From: an uncultured Bacteroidales bacterium
GTDB lineage: Bacteria; Bacteroidota; Bacteroidia; Bacteroidales; UBA11471
DNA length: 64,000 bases
Direction: 5' to 3'
Assembly (NCBI GenBank): GCA_947589325.1
Contig: CANQAM010000009.1
Coordinates: 195-64,194 of the forward strand
This document shows, one piece after another, positions 29,027-39,052 of the stretch (position 1 is the first letter of the stretch; every line of letters begins with the position of its first letter). The translations under genes and the position numbers were made by a program. Below the pieces are notes generated by a model. The model searched no databases, had not been told where the DNA came from, and saw only the letters and a program-made list of their open reading frames with translations.

Positions 29027-31483
29027 ATGACAGAAACTTTATTGCCAAACGTTAAATTAACTTCAATGGATATGCGACCTCTTAACTTCAAAAAAACACT
29101 TTTTCTTGCCTGTTGCACAATGTTCTTATCGGTCGAGGCTTTTGCCGGTGACTGCGACAAAATATGGTACAGTGCTCCCGCATCTGATTGGATGGAGGGA
29201 GTCCCTGTAGGAAACGGACGACTTGGAGCAATCGTTTATGGCGGTATTGCCCTCGAACGCATTGCCTTGAACGAAATAACCCTTTGGTCGGGACAACCTG
29301 ATACGTTGCAAAATACCATTTGCGGGCCGGAAAAACTGGCGGAAATACGTTCCTTTTTTTTCAAAGAAAATTATAAGAGGGCAAATGATTTGACCATAAA
29401 ATATTTGTCGGGAACAAGAAGTAGTTTCGGCACTCATTTGCCATTGGGCGATCTCGTGATAAAGTCGGAATACCCCGAAGGTGAACTTAAAGGATTCCGG
29501 AGGGAACTCGACATGGCGAAAGGAGTCAGTATGACGACCTTTATAAAAGGCGGGGTAAAATTTACACGGGAATTGATATGCGATTATCCCGACGATGTAA
29601 TGGCTTTGATGATTTCTGCCGACAAAAAGGGTTGCATCAACACGGAATTTTCGTTCGACCTCCTTCGCGATGCTGTGATAACGGCCGAACGCAAAGGACT
29701 TTCTTTGGAGGGAAAAGTTTGCTTTCCGAAACAAGGCCGCGGCGGTGTCGAATTTGCCGCATGCCTTCTTATCGATGCTATTGGCGGAGAAGTGTTTACC
29801 GACGGGAACAAAATACGGGTAAAGAATGCAGACTCTGTAACCGCTTATCTCGATATTCGCACCGACCTTTTCGACAAAGATTATCGCCATACGGTGAAAA
29901 ATACCGTCGATCATGCCCAATCGCTCGGGTACGGAACGTTGCGTTCAAATCATGTAGCCGACCACGCAGCCCTCTACGACCGCATGTCGATTTCCCTTGG
30001 AACGCCAAGTGAAATGGCGAATCTGCCTACTGATGTACGCTTGCACCTTATTAAAAACGGAGCGCTCGACAGCGACTTCGATGCCCTCTTTTTCCGTTAC
30101 GGCCGGTACATGCAGATTGCCTCGTCGCGTCCCCGTTCTCCCTTGTGCAGCAATTTGCAGGGAATCTGGAACGACAATCGGGCCTGCCATATGGGTTGGA
30201 CGTGCGATTACCACCTCGACATAAACATTCAGCAAAATTATTGGAGTAGCAATAAAGTCAATCTGCCGGAATGTAACGAAGCCCTCTTTACCTTTATAAA
30301 ATTCCTTGACAAACATGGTCGCGAAACAGCTAAGAATATATACGGCGCTCGCGGCTGGGTAGCCCACACCGTAGTCAATGCCTGGGGCTACACAGCTCCC
30401 GACAATGCCATATACTGGGGGCTCAATGTCACTGCCGGGGCATGGCTCGCCACGCAATTGTGGAGTCATTACAAATATACGCTCGACCGCAATTATCTGG
30501 CCGATACAGCCTATCCCCTGCTCAAAGGGTGTGCCGAATTTTTTATGGATTATATGGTAGAAGATCCGAATACGGGCTATCTTGTTACCGGGCCGTCGAT
30601 TTCGCCCGAAGTCGGTTTCCTTGCACCCGACGGCAACGGGTATTCGGCATCAATGATGCCGACCCTCGACCGTGCTGTCGTTGCTGAAATATACAGCGCC
30701 TGTATTGAAAGTTCCAAATTGCTCGGCATCGATAAGAAGTTCCGCCACGAATTGGAGCAAGCTCTTGAAAAATTTCCGCCTTATATGATCGATTCGCAAG
30801 GAGAAGTGCAGGAATGGCTTCACGGATTCCCGCGGCAGGACAAAGCGCATCGGCACACTTCCCATTTGATAGCTCTCTATCCGCTCGGACAACTATCGTG
30901 GACGAAAACACCGGAACTCATGGAGGCTGCAAAACGTACAATAACCAATCAGACTCAGGCTCATGGCTGGGAAGATACCGAGTGGAGTGCAGCGAATATG
31001 CTTTGTTTCAATTCTTTCCTCAAAGAAGGTGATATGGCACATGAATGGCTGCAAGACCTGTTTCGCAAATTCACCCGCGAAAATCTCATGACCGTCTCAC
31101 CGAAAGGTATTGCCGGTGCCGACGAAGATATTTTCAGTTTCGACGCCACCGAAGCAAGTATCGCCGGCATGTGTGATATGTTGCTCCAAAGTTACGACGG
31201 TTTTGTAGAGTTCCTGCCGGCTCTTCCGAAAGCGTGGCCGCAGGGAAGGGTGTGCGGTTTGGGAGTCGAAGGCGGTTTCATTGCCGACCTCGAATGGAAT
31301 GATTCAGCGATGCGTCAGGCTGTTTTCACAGCCACAGCCGATGCGCCGCTAAGGCTCGCCATTCCTATGGGTACAGACCCCGAATTTGCCGTCAATAATA
31401 AAAAAACAACAGGAAAACGGGATAAGGACGGTTTTGTAAATTTCAAACTGCATACGTCCGACAAACTGACTGTAAACTTCTAA
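29027..31483 (+). CDS. GH95 glycoside hydrolase (alpha-L-fucosidase / alpha-L-galactosidase family)
   Basis: Motifs: WYSAPASDWMEGVPVGNGRLGAIVYGG, NEITLWSGQP and CDYHLDINIQQNYW, which are typical of GH95. The true start may be an internal ATG (29066 or 29072) placed ahead of the signal peptide. Confidence 0.9.
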   Translation: MTETLLPNVKLTSMDMRPLNFKKTLFLACCTMFLSVEAFAGDCDKIWYSAPASDWMEGVPVGNGRLGAIVYGGIALERIALNEITLWSGQPDTLQNTICGPEKLAEIRSFFFKENYKRANDLTIKYLSGTRSSFGTHLPLGDLVIKSEYPEGELKGFRRELDMAKGVSMTTFIKGGVKFTRELICDYPDDVMALMISADKKGCINTEFSFDLLRDAVITAERKGLSLEGKVCFPKQGRGGVEFAACLLIDAIGGEVFTDGNKIRVKNADSVTAYLDIRTDLFDKDYRHTVKNTVDHAQSLGYGTLRSNHVADHAALYDRMSISLGTPSEMANLPTDVRLHLIKNGALDSDFDALFFRYGRYMQIASSRPRSPLCSNLQGIWNDNRACHMGWTCDYHLDINIQQNYWSSNKVNLPECNEALFTFIKFLDKHGRETAKNIYGARGWVAHTVVNAWGYTAPDNAIYWGLNVTAGAWLATQLWSHYKYTLDRNYLADTAYPLLKGCAEFFMDYMVEDPNTGYLVTGPSISPEVGFLAPDGNGYSASMMPTLDRAVVAEIYSACIESSKLLGIDKKFRHELEQALEKFPPYMIDSQGEVQEWLHGFPRQDKAHRHTSHLIALYPLGQLSWTKTPELMEAAKRTITNQTQAHGWEDTEWSAANMLCFNSFLKEGDMAHEWLQDLFRKFTRENLMTVSPKGIAGADEDIFSFDATEASIAGMCDMLLQSYDGFVEFLPALPKAWPQGRVCGLGVEGGFIADLEWNDSAMRQAVFTATADAPLRLAIPMGTDPEFAVNNKKTTGKRDKDGFVNFKLHTSDKLTVNF

Positions 31484-31494
31484 AACCATACATT

Positions 31495-34131
31495 ATGAAA
31501 CTTATCTATAAAATATTCGTGGCAACCTCGCTCGCTTTGTGCGCCTCGTCGGCATGGGCAGAGGTAAATGTCCGGCAATTGAATGAGAATTGGCGTTTTC
31601 GGCAAGGTCGTTCAGACATCTGGTATCCTGCCGTGGTACCGGGTACCGTGCATACCGACCTTATGGCCAATGAAATAATCGATGACCCTTTTTTCCGTCT
31701 CAATGAACGTGCAGTGCAATGGGTCGATAAAGAGGATTGGTTATACGAAACTGTTTTCACAGTCGGGGCCGATGAATTTGCGGCCGAAAATCAGGAATTG
31801 GTATTTTTCGGTCTCGACACATATGCCGATGTATATCTCAATCACCAATGTATTCTTCGAGCCGATAATATGCACCGCACATGGCGATGCAATGTGAAAA
31901 ATCTGTTGAAAGAGGGGGATAACCTTCTCGAAGTATATTTCAACTCGCCTGTCAAGGTCGATTTGCCTAAATACGACCAATACGACTACACGTTCAATAC
32001 CGGTCCCGACCAGTCGCAAAATGGCGGACTTTTCGACAAAACCATCAGCATATTTGCCCGCAAAGCCGGCTATCATTACGGGTGGGACTGGGGCCCCCGT
32101 CTGGTAACGTCGGGTATATGGCGTCCTATTGAATTGCAGACATGGAGCGGTGTCAGAATAGACGATGTGCAGTACATACAGACCGATGTCAATGCTTCGC
32201 GCGCACGCTTGTCGGCCGTAGTGGATATTCGGGCCGATAATTCAGAAAACGCAGTAGTCGATATTGACGCCGACGGCAAAAAAGTCGTTTCAAAAAAAAT
32301 TGTTCTCGAAAAAGGTGGCAATAGTGTGAAAATTGACTTTGAAATCAAACGCCCGAAACTTTGGTGGACGAATGGGTTGGGAGAGCCTTCGCTTACCGAA
32401 TTTGCAATTTCGATAAATATCGACGGCAAATGCCGAAGCAGACGCACGCACTCGATTGGTATTCGCTCACTCCGACTTGTTCATGAACCCGATAAAGAGG
32501 GGCATTCATTTTATTTCGAGCTCAACGGTAAACCTGTTTTTGCCAAAGGGGCCAATATGGTGCCACTCGACAATTTCTTGCCGCGTATTCCACGCGAAAA
32601 ATACGAGAAGCAGGTCATTGACGCCAAAATGGTGAATATGAATATGCTGCGCGTATGGGGCGGCGGTGTGTATGAAGATGATTATTTCTACGAACTGTGC
32701 GATCGCAACGGCATACTTGTATGGCAGGATTTCATGTTTGCCTGCTCTACTTATCCTGCCGACTCGGTATTTCTCAAAAATATCCGACAGGAAGCCATCG
32801 ACAACGTGAAGCGCCTGCGCAATCACTGCTCCATAGCCTTATGGTGCGGAAATAATGAATGTCAAGATGTCTATTATGGTTGGGGCGGAAGATATCGCTA
32901 TTACAAGGAAAAAGGAGTTGAAGAATTGACTACCAAACAGTTCAAAGACATGTATTTCCGTATCTTACCCACTGTGGTGGCCGAATATGGCGGCGGTATT
33001 TCTTACTGGCCATCGTCGCCATACGCCTTTGAAGACACTGCTTCCGACGGCATAAACGGCGATGCTCATTATTGGGGCGTATGGCATGGACGCGACTCTA
33101 TCGGCCATTACAATGTAGAGAAAGCACGCTTTTTTTCGGAATACGGTTTCCAGTCATTCCCCGAATTCGAGTCTGTGAAAATATATGCCCCGCAGGAACG
33201 CGACTGGAATATCAATTCGGAAGTGATGATGGCGCACCAGCGTGCCGGCTCTTATGCCAACAATCTCATACGCGATTATATGAAATCCGAATTCCGTATG
33301 CCCGAAGATTTTCCTTCTTTCCTCTACGTCAGCTCCATACTTCAAGGAGATGCCATAAAAACCGCTATCGAGGCACATCGTCGCGATATGCCTCATTGCA
33401 TGGGAACTCTTGTATGGCAGCACAACGATTGCTGGCCTGTGGCATCGTGGTCGGGTCGGGATTGGTATGGCCGCTGGAAAGCCCAGCAATACTTTTGTAA
33501 AAATGCTTTCGACGATATTCTCGTATCTCCTCTTGTGCAGGGTGATACACTTACGGTAACGCTGGTTTCCGATCGCCGTATTCAGTCAAAAGGCAAATTT
33601 ACTCTTACGGCAATGTCGCTCACCGGCGATGTACTGTTCTCAAAAACAAAAACATATACCGCTGCCCCATTGAGCTCGGCAACGGTATTTGCCGAATCTG
33701 TCGATGCCCTGTTAGCCGGCCGGATGCGCGGCGATGTCGTAATCGTTGTCGCTTTTGCGTGTGCTGACCGCACCTATGACAATATAGGCTTTCTTGTTCG
33801 GCAAAAGTATATGAATTATTTGCCACCGAATTACGATTTTTCGATCACGCCTCAGGGTGACGGTTATGAGGTGGAAATTGGCTCGGACGTTTTTGCTCGG
33901 GGCGTTTTTCTCTCTCTCGAAGGAATCGACAATTTCTTCTCTGACAATTATTTCAATATACTACCGCATGAACGCAAGACAATCCATGTGCGAACTTCCC
34001 TGCCAGAAAATGATTTTCGCAAACAGTTGAAAATTATTTCATTAGGAGACATTTATGCCCGAATAGGAGTAGACACCTCCGCGGAAAGTATACTGAAACC
34101 GGTTTCATTCAAACCTCTCGGCGGAGAATGA
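31495..34131 (+). CDS. GH2 glycoside hydrolase, beta-mannosidase-like
   Basis: Motifs: WRFRQG..WYPAVVPGTVHTDLMANEIIDDPFFRLNE, LWCGNNECQ (acid/base region) and FFSEYGFQSFPE (nucleophile region), as in GH2 beta-mannosidases. A signal peptide is present. Confidence 0.85.
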   Translation: MKLIYKIFVATSLALCASSAWAEVNVRQLNENWRFRQGRSDIWYPAVVPGTVHTDLMANEIIDDPFFRLNERAVQWVDKEDWLYETVFTVGADEFAAENQELVFFGLDTYADVYLNHQCILRADNMHRTWRCNVKNLLKEGDNLLEVYFNSPVKVDLPKYDQYDYTFNTGPDQSQNGGLFDKTISIFARKAGYHYGWDWGPRLVTSGIWRPIELQTWSGVRIDDVQYIQTDVNASRARLSAVVDIRADNSENAVVDIDADGKKVVSKKIVLEKGGNSVKIDFEIKRPKLWWTNGLGEPSLTEFAISINIDGKCRSRRTHSIGIRSLRLVHEPDKEGHSFYFELNGKPVFAKGANMVPLDNFLPRIPREKYEKQVIDAKMVNMNMLRVWGGGVYEDDYFYELCDRNGILVWQDFMFACSTYPADSVFLKNIRQEAIDNVKRLRNHCSIALWCGNNECQDVYYGWGGRYRYYKEKGVEELTTKQFKDMYFRILPTVVAEYGGGISYWPSSPYAFEDTASDGINGDAHYWGVWHGRDSIGHYNVEKARFFSEYGFQSFPEFESVKIYAPQERDWNINSEVMMAHQRAGSYANNLIRDYMKSEFRMPEDFPSFLYVSSILQGDAIKTAIEAHRRDMPHCMGTLVWQHNDCWPVASWSGRDWYGRWKAQQYFCKNAFDDILVSPLVQGDTLTVTLVSDRRIQSKGKFTLTAMSLTGDVLFSKTKTYTAAPLSSATVFAESVDALLAGRMRGDVVIVVAFACADRTYDNIGFLVRQKYMNYLPPNYDFSITPQGDGYEVEIGSDVFARGVFLSLEGIDNFFSDNYFNILPHERKTIHVRTSLPENDFRKQLKIISLGDIYARIGVDTSAESILKPVSFKPLGGE

Positions 34132-34140
34132 TATATGAAA

Positions 34141-34180
34141 AGCCCGCGAATGCAAAATGCATTCGCGGGCTTTCGTTTAT
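34141..34180 (+). terminator. Rho-independent terminator after the GH95-GH2 unit
   Basis: Perfect inverted repeat AGCCCGCGAATGCA / TGCATTCGCGGGCT with 3 central nt, followed by a T-rich tail. It starts 10 nt after the GH2 stop. Confidence 0.75.
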
Positions 34181-34552
34181 TCATTGACGCGGAAAGACTC
34201 TAACCGTCATTAAAATTTCTTGCCTACAAGTTAATCATAGAATCATTTTTCGAGGATAATCCTCTTTCCAATAACAACGTCTCCCCATATAAATCGAACG
34301 AAAAATATACATATTGCCTGCTCAACGACTATGAAACAGTAAATTCCGAGTTGAATGTCTAAAAATATTTTATCCGCTCCTGTATCGTTTCAGAACAAAA
34401 GTTCAACTTTTTTCGCCTATTTTCCGTCGATTTCTGTTTTATATTTCAAGTTATTTTCCATACATTTGTAATTGCAAACGACATTTTCTCCCCGTCAGAA
34501 AAGAGAAAATTTTTCGTACAGACTGATTTACGGATTAAAAGAACACGAACGC

Positions 34553-35422
34553 ATGATTTATTCCATGACCGGTTTCGGCAAAACGACAGCCGAATTTCCG
34601 CACCGAAAAATAACCGTCGAAATAAAATCGCTGAACAGCAAACAACTCGATCTCTCCATGAAAGTGCCTCAAATCTACAAAGACACGGAAATGGAAATAC
34701 GCAACGAAATAGCCCGACGTCTGGAACGCGGGAAAGTGGATTTTTTCATTCAGGTCGAGAACAAAGCGACAAACGACACGGCCCAGCTCAACACCGACGT
34801 CATAAAAGGGTATTACACCCAACTGCAAAAAATGGCGGACACACTGCAAATACCGCAGCCTACCGATTGGTTCCAAACGCTGCTGCGCCTGCCCGACGCC
34901 TTGAAAAGCGACCCGACGGAAATAGATGAAAACGAAAGGTGCGCCGTCATGGCTGCCGTACACGAAGCCATCGACAAACTGATGGATTTCCGTGCACAAG
35001 AGGGCGCCATGCTGCAAAAACTTTTCACGGAAAAAATCGACAACATCGCCCGACTGCTCGACGAAGTGGCTCCATACGAACAGGAGCGCACCGAGAAAAT
35101 AAAAAAACGCATCGTCGAGGCGTTGGAAAAAATCGGCTTCGACTACGATAAAAACCGTATGGAGCAGGAAATGATTTTCTATATCGAGAAACTCGATATA
35201 AACGAAGAAAAAAACCGGCTCGACAACCACCTGAAATATTTTCGCGAAACGATGGAAGGACATTACGGACAAGGCAAAAAATTGGGATTCATCGCTCAGG
35301 AAATGGGGCGTGAAATCAATACGATGGGCTCGAAAGCCAATCATGCCGAACTGCAAAAAATCGTCGTCCGTATGAAAGACGAGTTGGAGCAAATCAAAGA
35401 GCAGATACTCAATGCCATGTAA
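34553..35422 (+). CDS. yicC: YicC/YloC-family stress-induced protein (endoribonuclease family)
   Basis: The N-terminus MIYSMTGFGK is typical of YicC. A C-terminal DUF1732-like segment is present (GKKLGFIAQEMGREINTMGSKAN). The track start at 34472 is a TTG extension. Confidence 0.85.
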   Translation: MIYSMTGFGKTTAEFPHRKITVEIKSLNSKQLDLSMKVPQIYKDTEMEIRNEIARRLERGKVDFFIQVENKATNDTAQLNTDVIKGYYTQLQKMADTLQIPQPTDWFQTLLRLPDALKSDPTEIDENERCAVMAAVHEAIDKLMDFRAQEGAMLQKLFTEKIDNIARLLDEVAPYEQERTEKIKKRIVEALEKIGFDYDKNRMEQEMIFYIEKLDINEEKNRLDNHLKYFRETMEGHYGQGKKLGFIAQEMGREINTMGSKANHAELQKIVVRMKDELEQIKEQILNAM

Positions 35423-35426
35423 TACC

Positions 35427-35996
35427 ATGTCGAAAGGGAAACTCATCATCTTTTCAGCGCCGTCCGGTTCCGGAAAATCGACCATTATCAACTACCTGCT
35501 CACGCAGCGCCTGAATCTGGCATTCTCCATATCCGCCACCTCGCGCGCCCCGCGCGGGAGCGAACGCGACGGCGTGGAATACTATTTTCTCTCACCCGAC
35601 GAATTTCGCCGCCGCATCGCCGCCGGCGACTTTCTCGAATACGAGGAGGTGTATGCCGACAAATTCTACGGCACGCTCAAAAGCGAAGTGGAACGGCTGA
35701 CGACAGCGGGGAAAAACGTGCTGTTCGATGTCGATGTGGTCGGCGGACTTAACATCAAACGTTTCTACGGCGAACGGGCGTTGTCGGTATTCATACAGCC
35801 GCCGAGCCTCGCGGAGCTGCGCCGGCGGTTGGAACACCGCGCCACCGATGCGCCCGAAGTGATAGAAAGCCGACTGGCGAAAGCGGAATACGAATTGAGC
35901 TTCGCCCCGAAATTCGACCGCATTGTCGTAAACGACGAACTCGACCGCGCCTGTCAGGAGATATTGTCGGTCGTCCGAAATTTTTTAGCCGAATAG
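35427..35996 (+). CDS. gmk: Guanylate kinase
   Basis: P-loop FSAPSGSGKST, then SATSRAPRGSERDGVEYYF and EYEEVYADKFYGT. The ATG at 35427 is preferred over 35412, which overlaps the yicC stop. Confidence 0.93.
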   Translation: MSKGKLIIFSAPSGSGKSTIINYLLTQRLNLAFSISATSRAPRGSERDGVEYYFLSPDEFRRRIAAGDFLEYEEVYADKFYGTLKSEVERLTTAGKNVLFDVDVVGGLNIKRFYGERALSVFIQPPSLAELRRRLEHRATDAPEVIESRLAKAEYELSFAPKFDRIVVNDELDRACQEILSVVRNFLAE

Positions 35997-36003
35997 CAGC
36001 GCC

Positions 36004-36585
36004 ATGAAAAAAGTCGGATTCTTTTCGGGTTCGTTCAATCCCATACACAACGGGCACATCGCCATTGCCAAATACATGCTCGGCGCAGGCGGGCTCGACG
36101 AGGTATGGTTCAGCGTTACGCCGCAGAATCCTGTGAAACGGGAATGCGACCTGCTCAACGACGGCAAGCGGCAGGCTATGGTGAAACTCGCCATAGCCGA
36201 CAACAACCGTTTCCGGCTATGCGACGTGGAGCAGCATCTGCCCCGCCCTTCTTACACGATTACGGCCTTGCAGCGGCTCGAACGAGAATATCCCGACACG
36301 GAATTTCATCTGCTTATCGGCTCGGACAACTGGGCAATATTTCCCCGTTGGAAAGAGAGCGGAAAAATCATCGCCGACTACCGGATAGACATTTATCCGC
36401 GTCCGGGCTATCCGGTCGATGCGGCGGCGCTGCCTCCCTCGGTACGGCTCACGGACGCGCCGATGACCGACATTTCATCGACCGCCATACGGGCACACAT
36501 CGCGGCAGGAAAGCCGGCAGAACAATGGATACCCCGGCCGGTACGCCGCTATATCATGGAAAACGACCTTTATAAAAACGGATAG
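36004..36585 (+). CDS. nadD: Nicotinate-nucleotide adenylyltransferase
   Basis: GSFNPIHNGHI (HxGH-type nucleotidyltransferase motif) and a C-terminal ISSTAIR motif. Confidence 0.9.
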   Translation: MKKVGFFSGSFNPIHNGHIAIAKYMLGAGGLDEVWFSVTPQNPVKRECDLLNDGKRQAMVKLAIADNNRFRLCDVEQHLPRPSYTITALQRLEREYPDTEFHLLIGSDNWAIFPRWKESGKIIADYRIDIYPRPGYPVDAAALPPSVRLTDAPMTDISSTAIRAHIAAGKPAEQWIPRPVRRYIMENDLYKNG

Positions 36586-36587
36586 AA

Positions 36588-37214
36588 ATGGACGAATATA
36601 TATACGCGAAAAACAGCGTGGAATTTATCACCGTAGGGGTGGAATTTTGCGCATTTGCAGAAAGAGTGCAGGACACGACGCCGGAGGAGTTTACATCGAC
36701 CGCCGTCAAACTGCTCCCGCTGCTCTACTTGAAAGCGACGCTGCTCCCCGAAAGCGACGAAGACGACTATTCCGATATTCCCGAACGGTTCGTCTCGGAA
36801 GAGGCTTACGAATACCTGCGCCGAAACATCGAATATATCTTGGGCGAAAAAGACGCCTACCTGCTCATACAGAACGACGACACGGCATACAACGACCAAC
36901 CTTTTGCCGCAAGCATCGCCGAAGACCTTGCCGATGTGTATCAGGCAGTGAAAGACTGCGTGTCGGCTTACCGCACGGAAAATGAAGATTCCATGCGAAC
37001 GGCACTGAGTACGTGCCGCGAAGATTTCATCGCCTACTGGGGCGCCAAACTGTTGAACGCGCTCGGCGCCCTGCACCGCATCTGTTTTGCGACCGAGTGC
37101 GAAGACGAATATGAATGCGAACATCACCACCATCACCACGAAGAAGAAAACTTCTACCAAAGACGCCAATCGGCATGGCAGGACGATGATGAAGATGCCG
37201 ACAGATGGTTGTAA
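36588..37214 (+). CDS. DUF5063-like conserved hypothetical protein with Cys/His6/acidic C-terminal tail
   Basis: 208-aa ORF packed tightly between nadD and the exonuclease. The family assignment is from memory of Bacteroidales synteny only. The tail reads ECEDEYECEHHHHHHEEENF...DDDEDADRWL. Confidence 0.5.
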   Translation: MDEYIYAKNSVEFITVGVEFCAFAERVQDTTPEEFTSTAVKLLPLLYLKATLLPESDEDDYSDIPERFVSEEAYEYLRRNIEYILGEKDAYLLIQNDDTAYNDQPFAASIAEDLADVYQAVKDCVSAYRTENEDSMRTALSTCREDFIAYWGAKLLNALGALHRICFATECEDEYECEHHHHHHEEENFYQRRQSAWQDDDEDADRWL

Positions 37215-37231
37215 AAAAGAAATTCATCACC

Positions 37232-37870
37232 ATGACACAAATCGACAAAGCCACCATAGCTGAAATGGAAATCATCAAATTTCCGGGAAAAATCGTCGTC
37301 GTCGATACCGAAGGCGATGCCGAAAGGGCTCTCGGAGAATTGAGAAAAGAAACGGTCGTAGGCTTCGATACGGAAACGCGCCCCTCGTTCAAAAAGGGGA
37401 CGTCGCACCGCGTATCGCTGGTGCAAATTTCCACGTGGGACACCTGCTACCTCTTCCGCCTTTGCAAAATAAACACGATAGCCCCTGTCAAACAGCTGCT
37501 GGAATCGACAGGCATTCTGAAAATCGGACTTTCACTGAAAGACGATTTTCTGGCGCTGCGCCGGTTCGGGAGCATCGAGCCGCACCGCTGGCTCGAATTA
37601 CAACGCTACGTCGGAGTTTTCAACATCGAGGACATGAGCCTTCAAAAAATTTACGCACTGCTTTTCGGCAAAAAAATTTCCAAAGGGCAGCAGCTCTCCA
37701 ACTGGGAGGCGGAATCGCTCACGCCCGCCCAACAAGCCTACGCCGCCACCGATGCGTGGGCTTGTTTGCACATATACAGAGCCTTACGGGGCGAATCGCC
37801 CGCCGGCGTCTATCCGCTCGTATTTCCCGTAAAAAAACATATCGACGAAAAATCGTTCATACAAAATTAG
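37232..37870 (+). CDS. 3'-5' exonuclease (DnaQ/RNase D-like domain) protein
   Basis: Motifs: VVGFDTETRPSF (Exo I DxE), SLVQIST..CYLFRL and AQQAYAATDAWACLHIY (Exo III Y-x3-D). An alternative ATG at 37205 overlaps the upstream stop. Confidence 0.8.
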   Translation: MTQIDKATIAEMEIIKFPGKIVVVDTEGDAERALGELRKETVVGFDTETRPSFKKGTSHRVSLVQISTWDTCYLFRLCKINTIAPVKQLLESTGILKIGLSLKDDFLALRRFGSIEPHRWLELQRYVGVFNIEDMSLQKIYALLFGKKISKGQQLSNWEAESLTPAQQAYAATDAWACLHIYRALRGESPAGVYPLVFPVKKHIDEKSFIQN

Positions 37871-37877
37871 CCGTCTG

Positions 37878-38093
37878 ATGAAAAAATCCTACAACCTTAT
37901 CCCGCTTGTCCTGCTCGTCTATATGATAGTCATGTCTGTCATAGGGTGGAAACAGTTTGCGGACAAACCGCTCGAATTCGGCGCCATCATCGCGGCAGAG
38001 ATAGGCATCATCGTGCTGCTGCGGTTCGTGCTGCGCAAGCGGTACAAATTCCGCGAGGAGATGAAACGGCAAAAAAACGACCCTTCCGCATGA
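37878..38093 (+). CDS. Small predicted two-TM membrane protein (hypothetical)
   Basis: 71 aa with two hydrophobic stretches (LIPLVLLVYMIVMSVIGW, GAIIAAEIGIIVLLRFVL) and a basic C-tail. It lies 7 nt after the exonuclease stop. No homology was recognized. Confidence 0.45.
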   Translation: MKKSYNLIPLVLLVYMIVMSVIGWKQFADKPLEFGAIIAAEIGIIVLLRFVLRKRYKFREEMKRQKNDPSA

Positions 38094-38153
38094 AAGGGCC
38101 GTCCGTGTGAAAACCGACAGCACAAAGCGGCTGCCGATATATCTTAATAGCTT

Positions 38154-39017
38154 TTATTCGCCGAAACAGCGCGACACAAAAGGAAGCATCGTGTAGAGGG
38201 CGGTGTGCCAATAGTCCCAGAAGTGCCACCCGTCGCGCACACGCAATTCGGCCGGTATGTGTTTTTCCCGCATCGCCATATAAAAATCGAGATTGCATTG
38301 CAACAGAAAATCGTCGTCGCCGCAATCGAGAAACCAGCGCACCGAGCGCCACTCCTCTGCCTGCTTCTCATCAGCATTTCTCAACAGACGGAGCGGAGAG
38401 AGTTCGAACACCGAATTACGGGTATAAAATTCCTTGTCGCTGCGATATTTTTCGCGCGGCGACTCCGGTTCGTCGAGCCACGCGCTCATGGCATAGGCAG
38501 CACAGAAAAGGTTGGTGTGCCGCTGGGCATACGACACGGTGCCGCCGCCACCCATCGACAAGCCGCTCAGGGCGCGGTGCCGGCGGTCGGACTGTACATT
38601 GTATTTCGCCTCGACGGCGGGCATGAACTCCTTAAAAAAGAAATCTTCATAATTCCAATCCGGGACATTGAAGTAGCCACAATTCGTACCTACAATATCG
38701 CTGGTGCCGGCTTGCGGCATGACGATGACCATTTTCCGACTTTCACCCGAACGCATCAGACGGTCGGCAACTTCGCGCATCGTACCTTTGCGGGTCCATG
38801 CGAAACAATCGTCGCTCAATCCGTGCAGCAAATAGAGTACGGGATATTTCACCGTTTTGTCTTCGGGGTTGAATCCGTCGGGCAGATAGACCAGAAAAGG
38901 CATATCGCACCCGAGTATGCGGCTCGTTATCGAATCTTTCACGATTTTGGAGGCAAAAGCGTTTGCCGGCAAAAGGAATACCGACAGTACGAACAGAATT
39001 TTCAAGCAGTTTTTCAT
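38154..39017 (-). CDS. Secreted alpha/beta-hydrolase esterase (esterase D / putative esterase family)
   Basis: Signal peptide, PVLYLLHGLSDD and nucleophile elbow GLSMGGGG. Confidence 0.8.
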   Translation of the reverse strand: MKNCLKILFVLSVFLLPANAFASKIVKDSITSRILGCDMPFLVYLPDGFNPEDKTVKYPVLYLLHGLSDDCFAWTRKGTMREVADRLMRSGESRKMVIVMPQAGTSDIVGTNCGYFNVPDWNYEDFFFKEFMPAVEAKYNVQSDRRHRALSGLSMGGGGTVSYAQRHTNLFCAAYAMSAWLDEPESPREKYRSDKEFYTRNSVFELSPLRLLRNADEKQAEEWRSVRWFLDCGDDDFLLQCNLDFYMAMREKHIPAELRVRDGWHFWDYWHTALYTMLPFVSRCFGE

Positions 39018-39052
39018 GACTTAATAATCAATAATGTATATTCGAGAATTTT

